Of a stretch of DNA of 64,000 nt, positions 1 to 13,266 are shown piece by piece. The notes beneath the pieces are model-generated. The model was not told the DNA's origin. It saw only the letters and a list, made by a program, of their open reading frames with translations, and did no database searches. The DNA is from Eledone cirrhosa (lineage: Eukaryota), in assembly GCA_964016885.1 (NCBI GenBank), contig OZ024740.1:286316001-286380000 (forward strand), read 5' to 3'. Each line of letters opens with the position of its first letter. The first letter of the stretch is position 1. Position numbers and translations under genes: made by a program.

Positions 1-147
1 ACTAAACATCTTTCCCGCGTAGCAGCTTTGTGGACATATCCAAAGCCGTGGAGATGATCGTATGATCTCTAACATGATTTGGCGTAGAAGAGTGTGGACT
101 GTATAGTAGAAAATGCACTCTTAGTAATTTTCTTAGTGTGGTCAGAG

Positions 148-337
148 CAGGGCTGGATTAATAATTCAGCAAAATATTCACAAGCTTAGGGTATCAAAGG
201 AAGAGGGGCATCATTTTATTCAAATTAAATGTATTTGTAATCCCCTCCAAAATTTTTTTGGCAGACTGTATATATGGGGGTAGGGTATCATAGGTTTTGA
301 ATTGCTTAGGGCATCGTAAAGACTTAATCCAGCTCTG
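148..337. mobile_element. hAT-type MITE (non-autonomous DNA transposon)
   Basis: 14-bp terminal inverted repeats CAGGGCTGGATTAA (148-161) / TTAATCCAGCTCTG (324-337), 1 mismatch. Flanked by 8-bp TSD GGTCAGAG (140-147) / GGGCAGAG (338-345). An 8-bp TSD with CAG...CTG ends is typical of hAT elements. Confidence 0.8.
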
Positions 338-887
338 GGGCAGAGCAGACTAAAAAAGTGGTTTGTCAGTAGATGCACTGCACGAAGTCCTGATTAGTTA
401 ATTATAAGACTTAACATAACAATATGGGTACCAATAAAGATGTCTCAATTTCTAAAGTACGTCTGCATTCATATAGATGACTCATAGGTGTCAATTAGTA
501 TGTAGTTTTTGATAAGGAGTTATAAAAATCCTGTAAAATGTCTATTTTGAAGTGTAGCTATTATATGAGGAAAATCAGAAAGCTAAAGATACAGTGCATT
601 AAATAATGAGTGTAGTATCCAATGAAATGGATCAATCAAAGGCAAAACATTATTTACAGAGAGCGTGTTCAATGGAGAAAGTAAATCCATTTCTCTTGTG
701 TGTCCGAAGGAATGGGGAGTCGATTCTACAGAATTGGCTACGAGGAAAACTATCTAGTAATTAGTTTTTTTTTATCGTTTTATTTCAAAATTTCAGAAAT
801 AGAATAAATTTTATGCAGGCAATGTCCCATTTCAAATAGAAACATTAAATAATAATTATCTGATGGATAGCGAACTAAGTAGATAGA

Positions 888-2891
888 TATCTTTCTTTGT
901 TTGCCACAGAGGCGTACAAAAATGGGACATTACAAGACGTGACGGCGGGGGTTTTACATAAAACCTTTAACAATAATAAATAACAATAAACTATATAAAA
1001 TAAAACAATTGAAATCACCATTAGGGGGGGGGGGGAGTAACGCTACTGCGGAGTTGTTTTACACCCCGTGGATAGAACAACCCTCAACACCAGGAACACG
1101 TTTTGTAGGTGGTCCCGTCTTCCCTCTGTTTATCTTCCTCAACCTACAGGTTTATATACAGAGAAGGCCCATTCACCCGGGCCATTTTCGTCACATTCAC
1201 CCACTTTTCAGCGAATTTACTGGGGTGTAGCACCTCTCTCTCCACTCTCACCTTCCTTCTGAAGTGGTGCTTAAAGAAGGGGATGAGTTGTTGTCCAGAG
1301 AGAAAGGTGTTTGCCCTCAGTCCTTTTAACCTCGTCCACCATATTACTTCTTTCGCCATAACCACCAGACAGAGGAAGACCGCCTTTCCTTCATTCTTAA
1401 ATGAAGGCGGCGGGGTGATCCTCACGATGGACTCGGCTGACAACTGGATGCGTCCCACACGTGACAGTAGCTGTTCGACATAATTCCACAGGCCGGTCAC
1501 CCCTGGGTACTGAACAATTGCGTGCAGAACGGTTTCGATGTCCTGCTCGCATCTTGGACAGGTCCTTTTGGCAGGATCTCTGCCAGGGCGTCCGTGCCTG
1601 TAGATTTTGTCTCGAACTGGTAGAGCTCCTCGGTAGCACTGCCAAGCCAGAGACCTCTGGAAGTTATCCATAGGCCCTGGACAGAAAGTCCTCCCGAACA
1701 GACTGGTCAGTTCGTCTTTCTCGATGCCTAGAGTTTCCCCGAGAACGTCGTCACTCTTATCCTCCACTAATCCCCTATAGAATGTCGAAGTGGAGTCTCC
1801 GCTGATTGCCGTTTCCACTTGGTAGAGGGCTGTGAGCGCCTGAAGGCACTCGAGGTGCCAGGCGCCCATTTTCGGTCTTCGCTTGACCCAGGACTGCAGC
1901 TCTATTCGTGAGACGAGTTGTGGAAGAGCTCGTCTTACAAACGACAGCCACACCGGTTCGCCAGTCAGGATCACTTGGAGATGGCGTAGCTTCAGCGCAT
2001 GTTTGTGCATCATCAGCCACGGCATGCCCAGCTCTCCATTAGAAGGGTGTTGACAGCAGATGGATCTTATCACCAATGGAGCCTGTTTCTTTCAGAGGAA
2101 CTTGAAGAGTAGGCGTTCCATTTTGGTGAGGTATTCGCGGGGACAAGGCACGACTGTCAAGCGGTAGTAGATGACGGACGCTATGTAAGTGTTCGCCACC
2201 TCCGCTCGACTTTTCAAGGAGAGTTTGCACTCAGCCCACTTCTAGGTGAGTGCAAACACCTTCGCTGTGACCTCGTTCCAGTTCTTGTCCACCTGGAGGT
2301 CTGGACCAAACCAGACCCCGAGCAATTTCACCGGTCCTTCCGTCCAGCGTCCAATGACACTGTTGGAAGGCATGGGTTTGCCTCTCCATGTGCCGAGTTG
2401 CAAACCGACAGACTTGTTTGGGTTTAGTCTTGCTCCTGTCAACGTTTCGTATTACTGTAATAGGTTGCCGATTACCCCGATGTCCGAGGTTTTCGACACC
2501 ATTATGGTTATGTCGTCGGATTAGGCCGACGCTGCTTTCCGCAGTCTTGGTTCGATCGGGATGCCCTGCAACAGCTTCAACTGCTGCAGTAATGGCTCGA
2601 GAGTCAGTACATACAGAATGGAGGAGAGAGGGCACCCTTGACGGATGGAACGCATGATTTGGAATGGCTCCGATAGGTAACCATTCACCTTGACTGCCGA
2701 GCAGATGCTGGTGTGCATGGCAGCGATCCAGCCTCTGAAGACGGGACCGAAGCCGGCCACCTTGAGAACCGCTTCCAAGTATTGATGGTCGACCCTATCA
2801 AATGCCTTAGATTGATCTAAATTGATCAGAGCCCCACCGAAGCCAGGTTTACACCCTACCCTCTCTATGATGTATCGCATGAGGTGGAGGT
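888..2891 (-). mobile_element. 5'-truncated, disrupted Tx1/L1-clade non-LTR retrotransposon (RT, C-terminal Zn-knuckle, 3' UTR)
   Basis: Minus-strand ORF pieces 2521-2880 (NLDQSKAFDRVDHQYL, RQGCPLS), 2242-2442 (LNPNKS...KLLGVWF) and 1144-2076 (CPRCEQDIETVLHAIVQY, a degenerate CCHC knuckle). The catalytic YxDD reads TAA-TCC-GAC-GAC (*SDD), and the pieces are frameshifted. GC-rich relative to flanks; A-rich 3' tail; possible 6-bp TSD GATAGA at 882-887 and 2892-2897. Confidence 0.92.
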
Positions 2892-3099
2892 GATAGAAGA
2901 GTAAATAGTCACGAAATAGATTCCCTGTAATTTCATTTTAGTAGATTTCTTCTCTGTATTTGTAGCTATTTTTATTCTCGACTAAAATTTCTACAAACAC
3001 TAGCTGTATTTCTACTAAAAAATAAAATGCAAAAATAATAATGACTATCACAATAAAGAAATTATACTGAATTACGTCAAAATAAATAAATCAAAATCA

Positions 3100-3571
3100 T
3101 TGTTAATTATAAATAAGCGGGGTGGTTAATGTTAATTGTTACTGAAAAAAAAAAAATGTGGTGGAGGAGTTGGATCTTACGGGCGTGTCATAATAAATAT
3201 GTGGATTTTGGTAGTGGGAGATCGTTAACAACTAAGCAACAAATGGCACTAGCAAACCAACAACTTCTATGACAGTTGCGTGGTGTTTAACCACACCACA
3301 CCACACGTTGCTTGACAACATTACTCATCCCTGTTAGATTTTTCTTACCCTCTTCAACTGTTTACACACACACACTCTCTCTCTCTTCTTTTCTCGTGCT
3401 TTCACTTCTTTGCCAGATGTTTGAGAAATTCCAAGAGAGTAGACTGACAATGGTCTTGTAAGGAGCAAGCCTGCTTCAGTTCACTTTCTCTGAGTATCAG
3501 AGTCTAGTGGAGAAATCCTTTTCCCACTAGTTCGCATTCTTCAAATAGTCCCGGGAAGTTGCATGCACTAA
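3100..3571 (+). promoter_or_regulatory. Putative promoter and non-coding first exon of the NCX gene, ending at donor ...CACTAA|GTAAGT
   Basis: Consensus 5' splice site with GT at 3572-3573. Non-repetitive sequence with a CA/CT tract, inside a zone (about 2950-4900) where CpG dinucleotides are visibly retained compared with the CpG-poor sequence downstream. The NCX start-codon exon has a splice acceptor, so an upstream exon is required. The link between the two is inference. Confidence 0.45.
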
Positions 3572-6000
3572 GTAAGTGATTTATTTATCCATCAATTTCT
3601 TTTCTCTTCGTTAATTCATTTCATTTTGTTAGTGCTTTATAACAAATTGGCAGCAAGTCTAATTTTCTTTTAAATTGATTTATTTACATTTTCTAAATTC
3701 TTTTTTTTTTTTTCAACTTTGTTGAAGTTTAAATGCTGAAAATATAATTTGGGGATTGTACTTTGCGCGCAACTCTTACATTTTCATAAAACAACCCCGT
3801 CTAACAGATTTAAAATGCATATACTTCTTACGTGTAGCTAACACATAATATTGGTTCAGGGGAGAAAGATCAATATGTTATAATGTAATTCTGGTTTTAC
3901 ATTTATTTTATTTTATTGAGTACTATATTATTTTATACGTTTTCTGCTTTCAATTTGCATGTAATGACTACAAGTATCGCTGTTTTCATTCCATATTATA
4001 AAATACTAATGCAACATTAAAACGCTCACACACAAACATTTGTCAACATAAATACCTGGACGCTGACTTGGCGCAAATCATTGGGCTTCGGATTAGACAT
4101 TTGTTTTAAATATTTTCAACTATTTTTTAAATTTTTTATTCCACATGAAAAAGATATCTGCCGGACATGTACTGATGTGAGGGGGCTAGTTCTCTTTAAT
4201 TGATTATAAATTTTTTCACTGTAAAATTGCTTCTGTGCCCGGTCAAAAGAAACCGATATTACCAACACAAAGCGTTGTTTAGAACAAATGCTTATTTAAT
4301 ATAATTACATGTAATGGGACAGCTGAAATTTGTCGTACTAATTGATGTAAAAAATGTTCAAATAAAAACACTTGTTTTGAGTTTTAGCCTGCAGATATAG
4401 TTTTGAAATCCCTGCCAACACATGTAGCGTCGGCTCTGAACAACTTGTTAGGTTACGCTATGTGTCATGTCATTTCTAGCAGTAAGCAGTTTTTCACTCA
4501 CTTTAGAGAGTTTATCTTTTGTTTGTTTTATGTTTTATATTTTATTCGAACTTTCACGCACGAACACACACGTATGTTGTCGCACACTCGATTATTGAGT
4601 TGAGTTATATGAGACAGTATGGAATTGAATACATTTCTGTATGAATGCGTGTCCATACGTGCATATTACCTGCCTAGTAGCACAATTGTGCTTTGACACC
4701 ATAACTATTGCCACTAGCTTCAACAAACGTCAGCTAACATTGACTCATCACTGACATATATGCAAATACTTAAACTAAGCCGGTCTTTCCTTACTAATTT
4801 CTAGTCCTGTTGGGTTCTGTGCTTCTACTACTACAACTAAGAATGGGCGTTGCCCATGTTTTTATATAGCGTGTGTGTGAACAATTTGATGTGGGAGAAA
4901 GGAAGTGCAAAAAATAAAATAAATAAATAAAAAGTAAATAAAAGAGGAAAAAATTGGTATCAGTAGCATAGGGTATATGAAATTCCTTCTTGCCCCGGTG
5001 GCTGATAACAACTGATGTATGTACAAGATGATAATGATGCTGGTGGCAGCTGGAAGAGAACTTGAGAGATAAGTGAATAGATATACTAGGTGTGTTGAAG
5101 GCAATAGAAATATGTAACTGAAATAACTAGTGATAGCTCAGTCTTAGGATCCTAGGAAAATTGAAAGTTCCAATATTTTATCAATTTTTTTTAAAGCAGA
5201 CATTTCTAAATTCCATAATTGATGGGCATATAAGAAATTTTAATATAATGTCCATTTTTCTGTAAAATAAAGCAAATGTACTGTACAGGTAGATGATATT
5301 CTGTTAAGATTCCTATAAGCACTGTTATAGATGTACATTTATGGGTACATGGATTTTTTTTTCTTGTTTTGATATAAGATTTCAAATATTACGTGTATTC
5401 ATATATTGATGTATGCATTAGTATCTCAACATATGTCAACACATATCTTGGTGTAAGAGATTACAGATTCTAGTGTCAGTTATACCTGTGTGTTGCTTTC
5501 TAGAGGTGTGCCTGTATGCAGAAAGATGCATTGCTGAATGTGTAATTATGCATAAGTGTGCACTAGCACCTTTTTAGTAAATATATTTTACATGTGTAAA
5601 ATGAAGTTGGCATATGTAGTGTATTACAGGGTTAAATTGTGTGTTTGTGTTCAGGCACTTAAAATAAAGTACTTGTTGCTTCATATGCAATAATTAAGCA
5701 GTGGAAAATTATACAGTAAATATGGGTGTAGACATATGATGTTGGGCCTTGATAGAATAGACAGATCTATGACCAAATGCCATTCCAGCTATAACCATAC
5801 TGTCTTTTATTTTCGACATCATCTACTATGCTCTTCGTAGGGTGTGGTTTGAGGAATTTTGCTGCTATTTCTAGTAGGTCAAGCAACTATATAAAGCAGA
5901 GGTTCACAGAAACCCAGGTCACAATTCTCCCCTAGCAATCCCAGGTTTCCACAATTTCTCTCCATTTTGAATTATCATCTAGTAATTTGTCACTTGAATG

Positions 6001-6393
6001 CAGTAGCGTAGCTAGATGTGGGCGGTCCATCCCAGGCAACACTTTTATGGGGGCGGCACTTTTGAGTCAGTTGTAGGCTATAAGCTTTCTTTTAATGCTG
6101 CAGCACATTATTATAATTGTACACAGACTAGTTTATATATATATATACATATATATATTAACTTTAAGAGTGAATCACTGAGCAATATGTATCATTGACG
6201 TAAAAACTTATTCATTGGCTTGTGTAGACATAGATGTATTAATATTTGGAAATGATGAATTGTTAGGACAGCAGTAAAGGTATTAAAGGGGCACCATTTT
6301 ATTCAAGTTAATTCTATTTGTCGTTCCCCAATTTTTTTTTTTTTTTGCAGACTTTATCTATGGTGGATACAATAAAGACTTAATCTGACTTTG
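6001..6393. mobile_element. Degraded hAT-like MITE fragments
   Basis: Starts CAGTAGCGTAGCTAG. The 6270-6393 part resembles the internal and right portion of the 148-337 element (AGGGGCACCATTTTATTCAA...GCAGACT...AAAGACTTAATCTGACTTTG). Confidence 0.4.
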
Positions 6394-6979
6394 ATTGAGG
6401 CCATTTCTATCTAAACTACAAACACTATGTTAAACTGTAAGTCTGATCTGCAAGCTGCTCATCAAAATTCTCATTAACTATACAGTACAGTTTTAGATTA
6501 GCAAGAGCATTGGACAAATGTCTTATTGTATTTCTTTTGGTTCTTTGCAGTCTGGGTTCAAATCCTATTGAGGCCAACTTCACCTTTCATTCTGGGGTTG
6601 ATAAAGTATCAGTGAAGTACTGGTATTGATTTAATCAACCAACGCCTCCCCACAAATTTTGGGCCTTGTAACTATGCTAGAAACAATTATACAGTTCTGT
6701 TGTTGCTTACAACAATGAACTATAAATCCTTGTGATAAATTTTGCAGTTAGCTGGAATAGGCCATTGAGAGTTAAGCCTTTTCCATAGACCACTGTGTAA
6801 GCATTAGTTTTGTTGTTTAGCTCCAAGTCAGCCTTGATCAAGCAGACCTATGATCGAGTGTTTTGGCAATCAGTTCTACATTATCTAATGTATTCTTTCT
6901 TTTTTAATGTGATACAATATGATTTGAGTGAAATTTGACATTCTTTCTAGCAGGTCAAGTGACTCCACAGACACTTCTT

Positions 6980-7320
6980 CATGGTTAAGAGGTTTGCTTT
7001 GCAACCACAATTCCAAGTTCAATCCCATAACTTTAGGTTAAGTTACCATCCCAGTTACCGTCCATAAAGGTAGTACTAGGGTCCATAAGCTTAGTTCAAA
7101 ATTCCAAGTAGTTGGTTGAAAAGCTATACACACACTATTAGTTATTCATTCTTCTCTAGGTATAAACATTCTTCTCTTTTGATTGTTATTCTCACTGTAA
7201 CAATCTGGGAGGAGGGTAATTTAAACAAAAGCGGTTCTTAGAAGTGAAAGGGTTGTAAACCACTGCTCTAGGTTGACAAGTAGTGTGTGAGAGGATTTGT
7301 TAGATGAAACTGTGTTCTGT
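6980..7320 (+). mobile_element. Old tRNA-derived SINE interrupted by a hAT (Charlie-like) MITE
   Basis: SINE head (TGGTTAAGAGG...AAGTTCAATCCC) at about 6980-7050 resumes at about 7266 (CTCTAGGTTGAC...GAAACTGTGT, as in the copies near 37800 and 54300). The intervening DNA ends in the hAT-type end AAACCACTG followed by CTCTAGG. Confidence 0.45.
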
Positions 7321-7859
7321 GACTCATTGACTTTTCAGCTGGTAGTCCAACAGATTTTAGAATTTAGTCAGCTATGACCTCTTTATCTGTGTGTAGAAGT
7401 ATGTATTTAAATTAAAATTATGATGTGTGCATTAGTCATATACTTTAACATTCTTGTCTTTCAACTTCTTGACTATATGGCCATGCTGGGACACTTAAAT
7501 TAATGCACATTTTCCCATTTTGTGTTTTATTTGATGTAATAATTGTTGCTTTTTAGCCATAGGTATTCTAGCCATGACCATCTCGTCTATTATTTTTTTG
7601 CCTTTAGATAGTGTATTGCAGATCACATTATTTGGTGTGCCCTGTTCTAAGAATGTAGGATGTGATTTGTGGATGATTTGTCTGCTATTTCTAGTAGCTT
7701 GAGCAACCACATAGAGTTGGTTCTATTTTGAAGGGTGTGGCACACAGCCACACATTTTCTTTGCAACATATGATCTCATCCTGCTTAGAGTTAATATATA
7801 ACCAAACCATGACCAATATTACTTATGGAAGTATTAATGAAAAAAATTGAAACAAATAT

Positions 7860-8088
7860 GAGTAACTGATACCAACCCAGCCAAAACCAACTCTGGTTCT
7901 ATAGAACAAAATCACCTATTTTAAATGATTTCTATTTAAATGAAATTTTTTCATCATAATTTGTAAAATCTTTCAGCATATGTTATCTTAGTAATGAAAT
8001 TAGTAATTTTTGTAGATCCCTCAGAATTCCCCATTAATTAATTGAAATGGGGTGTATTTTATTAGAAATACAGTCCCAAAAGGGTTAA
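7860..8088. mobile_element. TTAA-flanked piggyBac-like MITE family, copy
   Basis: Similar to copies at 49268, 54716, 59569, 60743 and 61319; ends AAAGGG-TTAA (8085-8088). Confidence 0.6.
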
Positions 8089-9104
8089 AATGATATTGGG
8101 ATGATTGTAGTAATAGTACCAAAGTATTGAGCTTAGTTTCCAACCAGAAATTGTCCATGTATTAGTATTTAATATTTATTTATTTAAATTAAACGTCCAT
8201 ATAGAGCTAGTAAGCCATGACAGACTAGAGGAAGTTCTAGTACTTCTTAAAGTTGAGAAACAAAAAAACAAGATATACAGAGATAAATGAATATAAAAAT
8301 ATAAATGATAAAAATAAAATAAAATAAAAGAATAGGAAGTAAAGGAAGTTGTAAAGTTGTCAGGAGGTTCTGTTTTGATTTGTTTATAGTTATTGGAAGA
8401 TCTTTTACAATATATTGTATCGCCAATGTTTGTACTTTTTTTAATGATTGGCTTCAAGATGTTCTCCTCTGACTGATAGTTTTAACATTGGAATAAATAG
8501 TGCCAAAGAGTTTCTGAGAAGTCACCACAAGAACATAGAGGCAATTCTCTATGACACTTAAATATGATAATCTAGATTTCTGAATCAACATTTTCAGAAA
8601 ATGTTATTTCTGAAAATGTTATTGTCATTAATGTCCTTAAGAAAATGAATGAACATCACAAATTCTCCTTCCTTCTATAAATCCAAAGCCTTGTCTATGT
8701 AAGAAATCCATACTCCTTTCCTTCCTGTGTTAGCAACATTGATTAACGAAGTATTTATCAGGACTCCATCTGTATAATTTTTATGTCTGATTTCCCATGC
8801 TTGTATAGGGTGGCTGGCTTTTCTCCAACACACCTTTGCATTACTTGCTGCATCCTTTTGTCATCGCCTTTGTAATGTTCAATATCTTGTGATTAGTTTT
8901 CACCCCTTCTTGTGTCTTCCTTGGTTTCTTCTGCAATGTCACTGTTAGAGAAAACCCAATTGTATATTATAAGTGCTAGGCATAGTTGTATATGAAAAAC
9001 TTGTTTAATACACATATCAATAAAATCAGCCACCTGAATTCAGTATTCACACTGTAATAGTTTTATGTATATTACTAGGGGGTTTGACTTGGCTATTCAC
9101 ATAA

Positions 9105-9300
9105 GTGTATATTAGCAATTAATACTCCTTTTTTGTGTATGTGTTAACAATCAATACCCCTTTCCTTATGTCTATGTTAACAATCAATACTCCTTTGTAT
9201 CTATGTTTAAAATCAATATTTCTTTCCTTGTGCCTATATTAACAATTGATTCACCTTTCCTTGTGCCTATATTAGCAGTCAGTGTAAGCAATCAATACCC
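9105..9300. repeat. Degenerate minisatellite, about 30-33-bp unit, 5-6 copies
   Basis: Consensus approximately TATGTTAACAATCAATACTCCTTTCCTTGTGTC repeated head to tail. Confidence 0.7.
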
Positions 9301-11056
9301 AGCCAAATATCACTTTCAAGAAGAATCTTACTTATTCAGCTAATATCATTGGGAAATACTTTTAAAAAATATAAACTCCTTTATTCTGTATTATAAATTT
9401 GGAGACCCACATAAATAGGTGTTAGTTGTTCTTTAATTCTAAACAAAGAAGACACTAAATTCGCCATTTTTGTCACTATCATTGGTTTAGCATTTGTTTT
9501 TGCATGATAAATTGGATATATCTGCTGTATTGTATCTGTTTGTATTTGTTGTTTTTCAGTATTTTCTATGAGTCGGATTTTTGTTGAGTGACTCCAGGCA
9601 GTTTTTAGAAAGCTGGTTATACTCAGCATTCAATCACTTTATCAATATGATTATCCCCTCTTTACTGCAGAGCATGTTCTCAACTTGAAACCTATGATTT
9701 CCAATATGTTGTTTGATGGAATATTTTGAGGGATATTTGGCTGCTACGTCATACATGTAAAGTCTTCATATTAAAAGCATTGCATTTACCTCAATTTCAT
9801 TATACAATTAATCCTTTCACTACCATATTTCTAATGAAAAACTGCTTATGATTTTCAAATAATTTTGAAAATAATCAAAAATTTGGAGGGATTTGGTAAA
9901 ATCATTTTCTCAACTGGTGTATGGAGCATGTCATAACAAAGGTTCTTACATAAAATTACATTTGAATCTACAACCCTATATTTCTTATATCTTGCTGCTT
10001 GATATTCCAGCCTCAGATCTTGTTTTGCAATGTTCATAAATGAAAGACATGGTCTTTGCTTGATTCCTTATGCAGTGAACTGACTGGAAAAAGGAAAAGA
10101 GAACAAAGTATATTTTCCACCCACTTTACGCTGAAGCTCACGCAATGAGTGAAGGGATGCCATGCTAAAAACACCTGTCCAACCATGCAAGCATTAGAAA
10201 TGCACACAAATATACATACAGTAGTGGTTGGAAGTATTAACACTGTGAGTCCCAGAATGTAGGAAAATATTCTTAACATGAATTAGTTTTTAGATAGAAA
10301 CATTCTAAAACAGTCTTTTGTATCATATAACCAAGGATGGTTTCAGGCCATTTGTTATCACAAAAGCTAATGACATTGAGTAAATGTAATTGTTACCTCA
10401 ACCATTACATCTACCTATATCTGTGTGTCCCTGAATTGGTTTCACTCAACTGTGATATTCATCACCTAAGAACTTATTTAGTCTGGAAAAGAACCAGTAA
10501 TTAATGGGAAAGAGAGATTCTTTTTATTGCAAATTGTGCTGTAGCTTATTTAAATGATGTTAATATGTCAAATTGCACCCACCCCCACACACATTCTTCA
10601 GTAGCAGGCTTTTACTCTTTTGTATCTGACTCACATTGACACATTCATATGCTCCTCCCAGATAATATGCCACCTATTTTTAGATTGTCATTCCTTCTAA
10701 ACAAGCTGATCTTTTCACACCCACTAAAACTATTTCTGAATATGTTCCAGGTTTCCCTTGTGTCCCTACTTGGCTCAATTTCTATCAAATAAAATAAGAA
10801 ATAACTAATTATATTATGGGCCGTCCCTTTTTTCTTGTGAGGAAAAACAAAACAATTTCAAATATTTTTTCATTCAAATTTGAAATATCAGGCTTAATAG
10901 TGTTTTTTTTTTGTTTTTTTTTTTCATTTTATTTTCATCCTACCAATTTGTATTATTTTTAACCATTATTCATGTTGTTTTTCATTACATTCAGAACTTC
11001 TGTCATACCACCTAGAACTGGGTGGTATTTTTATCAGGTTTATTGACTACGTAGAG

Positions 11057-11278
11057 CAGTGGGTCCCAAGCAACACCAGGGTTCCTTGTGATCTTTTAAT
11101 AAAATTTAATAAGAATTTAATATATGTAACTTCTCTCTTTAAAACATTTTTGCTTCATTTAATTTTTTATTAAAATTAGGGCAATGGAAATTTTCAGTAA
11201 AATATAGTTATGGATTTCATGATATTTTGGAAAATTGTATGAGGGCTCTGTGACAAAATCAGTTTGGGGAACCCCCTG
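11057..11278. mobile_element. hAT (Charlie-like) MITE
   Basis: Ends CAGTGGGTCCCAA / TTGGGGAACCCCCTG. Flanks ACGTAGAG (11049-11056) / GTGTAGAG (11279-11286) are a 6/8-matching 8-bp TSD with the central TA typical of Charlie targets. Confidence 0.7.
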
Positions 11279-13093
11279 GTGTAGAGATTCCTTATTGGCT
11301 TGCATCAAGTTTTTATATTTCAGTTCTTTACACATGTAGCTATTTTTCAAATAATATCTATTTCTTAAATTAGAAAATTGAGACTCCAATTTGTTATTTT
11401 TATTAGTTTCACATCTTTATATATATATATATTCTGATAAGATACATTTTTGCAAATGGGGATAGTTTTTTTTTTTTGCTTTAATGACTTGGTCATTCCT
11501 GTTGAGAGGTAGGGAGGTAACTATTTTCAGGTCAAACGCCTCAACAATGTGCACTCTGCTGAAGTCAATGAAGTGCTAAGTGGTGGTGTTAAACTTGATG
11601 ACAGATTAAGTCTATCACACCAAAACAAGAATGGTATTGCTGACAGATTTTCACACAATTTCCATCTATCAAATTTTATTCACAAGAATTTAGTTGATCA
11701 GAAGCTGTAGTAGCTTCTTAACCACACTACATCGCCATGCTTGTGCTAACAGTTGTTTATTGTTGGAGCTATTATTTTCTATTTTCTATTGCTAACTACT
11801 CAAACTACAGAGTAGGAGTGGTATTTGTCACTTAGACATGATTTGGGGGATTTGTCCATAATATTCTAACTCCTATCACAGGAGTAACTGGGTGGTAAAA
11901 AGGACAATGATTAGTTTATACTGTTCTAAGTTAGTAGGTGATATGAAAATGTAAGTGTAAGAAGGTTCTCTAAAGTAAGAAAGAATAAGCAACACAGCTC
12001 AAACACTACTTGCCTTAAATTCTAGTTCTTCTATTATTTTATTACTTGTTAGTATATCATGAACTCTACATGTATATATGCTTTATATATGGGTATATAA
12101 CCCATATATATATATATATAAATCATATGTATTTAGCACTGGTTACTAAAATACTTATTGAATAGTTTGGAATAGGGCTTACATTTCACTTATGCATTGG
12201 GCCTGTTACCAGCTTTAGGGGTCTACATTTTAGATCTGAGCTAGGCTCATTACCAGTTTTGTACTCTCTAGAAAACAAGTACATACTCACACACAGTTAT
12301 ATTTACTTTTGTTTTATTTTGTAATAGTATTATCGTAGAATTATCTGATTTATTCAATGTGGATCATTGACTAGTCACTGGCATTTTATTCCTTTGTATC
12401 TCAGTTATGCTGTGGCAAAGAGGTGTTTCTTAGTTTGTTTTTGCCATTATTGCTAAAGACATGATGATGAGGCATAATTTTCATTGCAATTGTTAAGAAA
12501 TGATTTATAAACTTTATAGTAAGTTTCTTACCATAGAACTCCCTCCTTTTGTTAATTGCATTCTTAGGAGCTTATTTAGAGCACAATATATATTTGTACA
12601 GATAATAATATCAACATAAAACATTATTAGTCAGATATATCAACCACCTCATCATCATATCTATTTCAAAATGATGATCTTATATATCCTCAGGTAATGC
12701 AATTACTCCTATGAAATTACAATCCATGATAAACACTTTATCTGGCAGTTAGTTGCACATATATTTGTTTCCCAGTGTTAGATCATATAATATAATGTAT
12801 CTTGTATTTACAAGTTAGTCTAACATGTCATCATGACAGAGATTTTTATCACTATGTAAGAATGTCTTATTAAAATATGTATGTGTGGGTTGAATCTCAG
12901 TATATATCTCTAAAGCCTATTTATGAAGGTGTGGCTCTCTCATGATATATAGAAGAAAAAAAAGGAGCTGCTTGGCTTATTTATATTTTAGTTGGTATTT
13001 CCTCAAGCACTTAATATAGCACAAAATTAAAAATAGGAAAGCAATATGGAAGCTCAAAGATGTTACCCTGTTTAATCATCATCATTATTACAT

Positions 13094-13266
13094 TGGTAGA
13101 GGGTCGGACGCCATGCTTTGACGCATAGAGTTAGGGCCCTTGCCATTCTGAGTTCAAATCCCGCCGAGGTTAACTTTGCCTTTTATCCTTACGGGGTCGA
13201 TAAAATAAAGTACCAGTAATGTACTGGGTAATTGCTGGCTTTGTGCCTAAAGTAGAAACAATCATT
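13094..13266 (+). mobile_element. tRNA-derived SINE, family B (young copy, slightly 5'-truncated)
   Basis: B box GAGTTCAAATCC; near-identical to copies at 27743 (-), 39006 (-), 49886 (+) and 61223 (+); ends AGTAGAAACAATCATT. Confidence 0.85.

Noticed and set aside
821-931. 12-bp inverted repeat AATGTCCCATTT / AAATGGGACATT spanning the Tx1 3' junction
   Set aside because: Short, with one arm inside the LINE tail; cannot be distinguished from chance.
1009-2657. Plus-strand ORFs overlapping the Tx1 element
   Set aside because: Antisense shadows of the GC-rich LINE ORF2.
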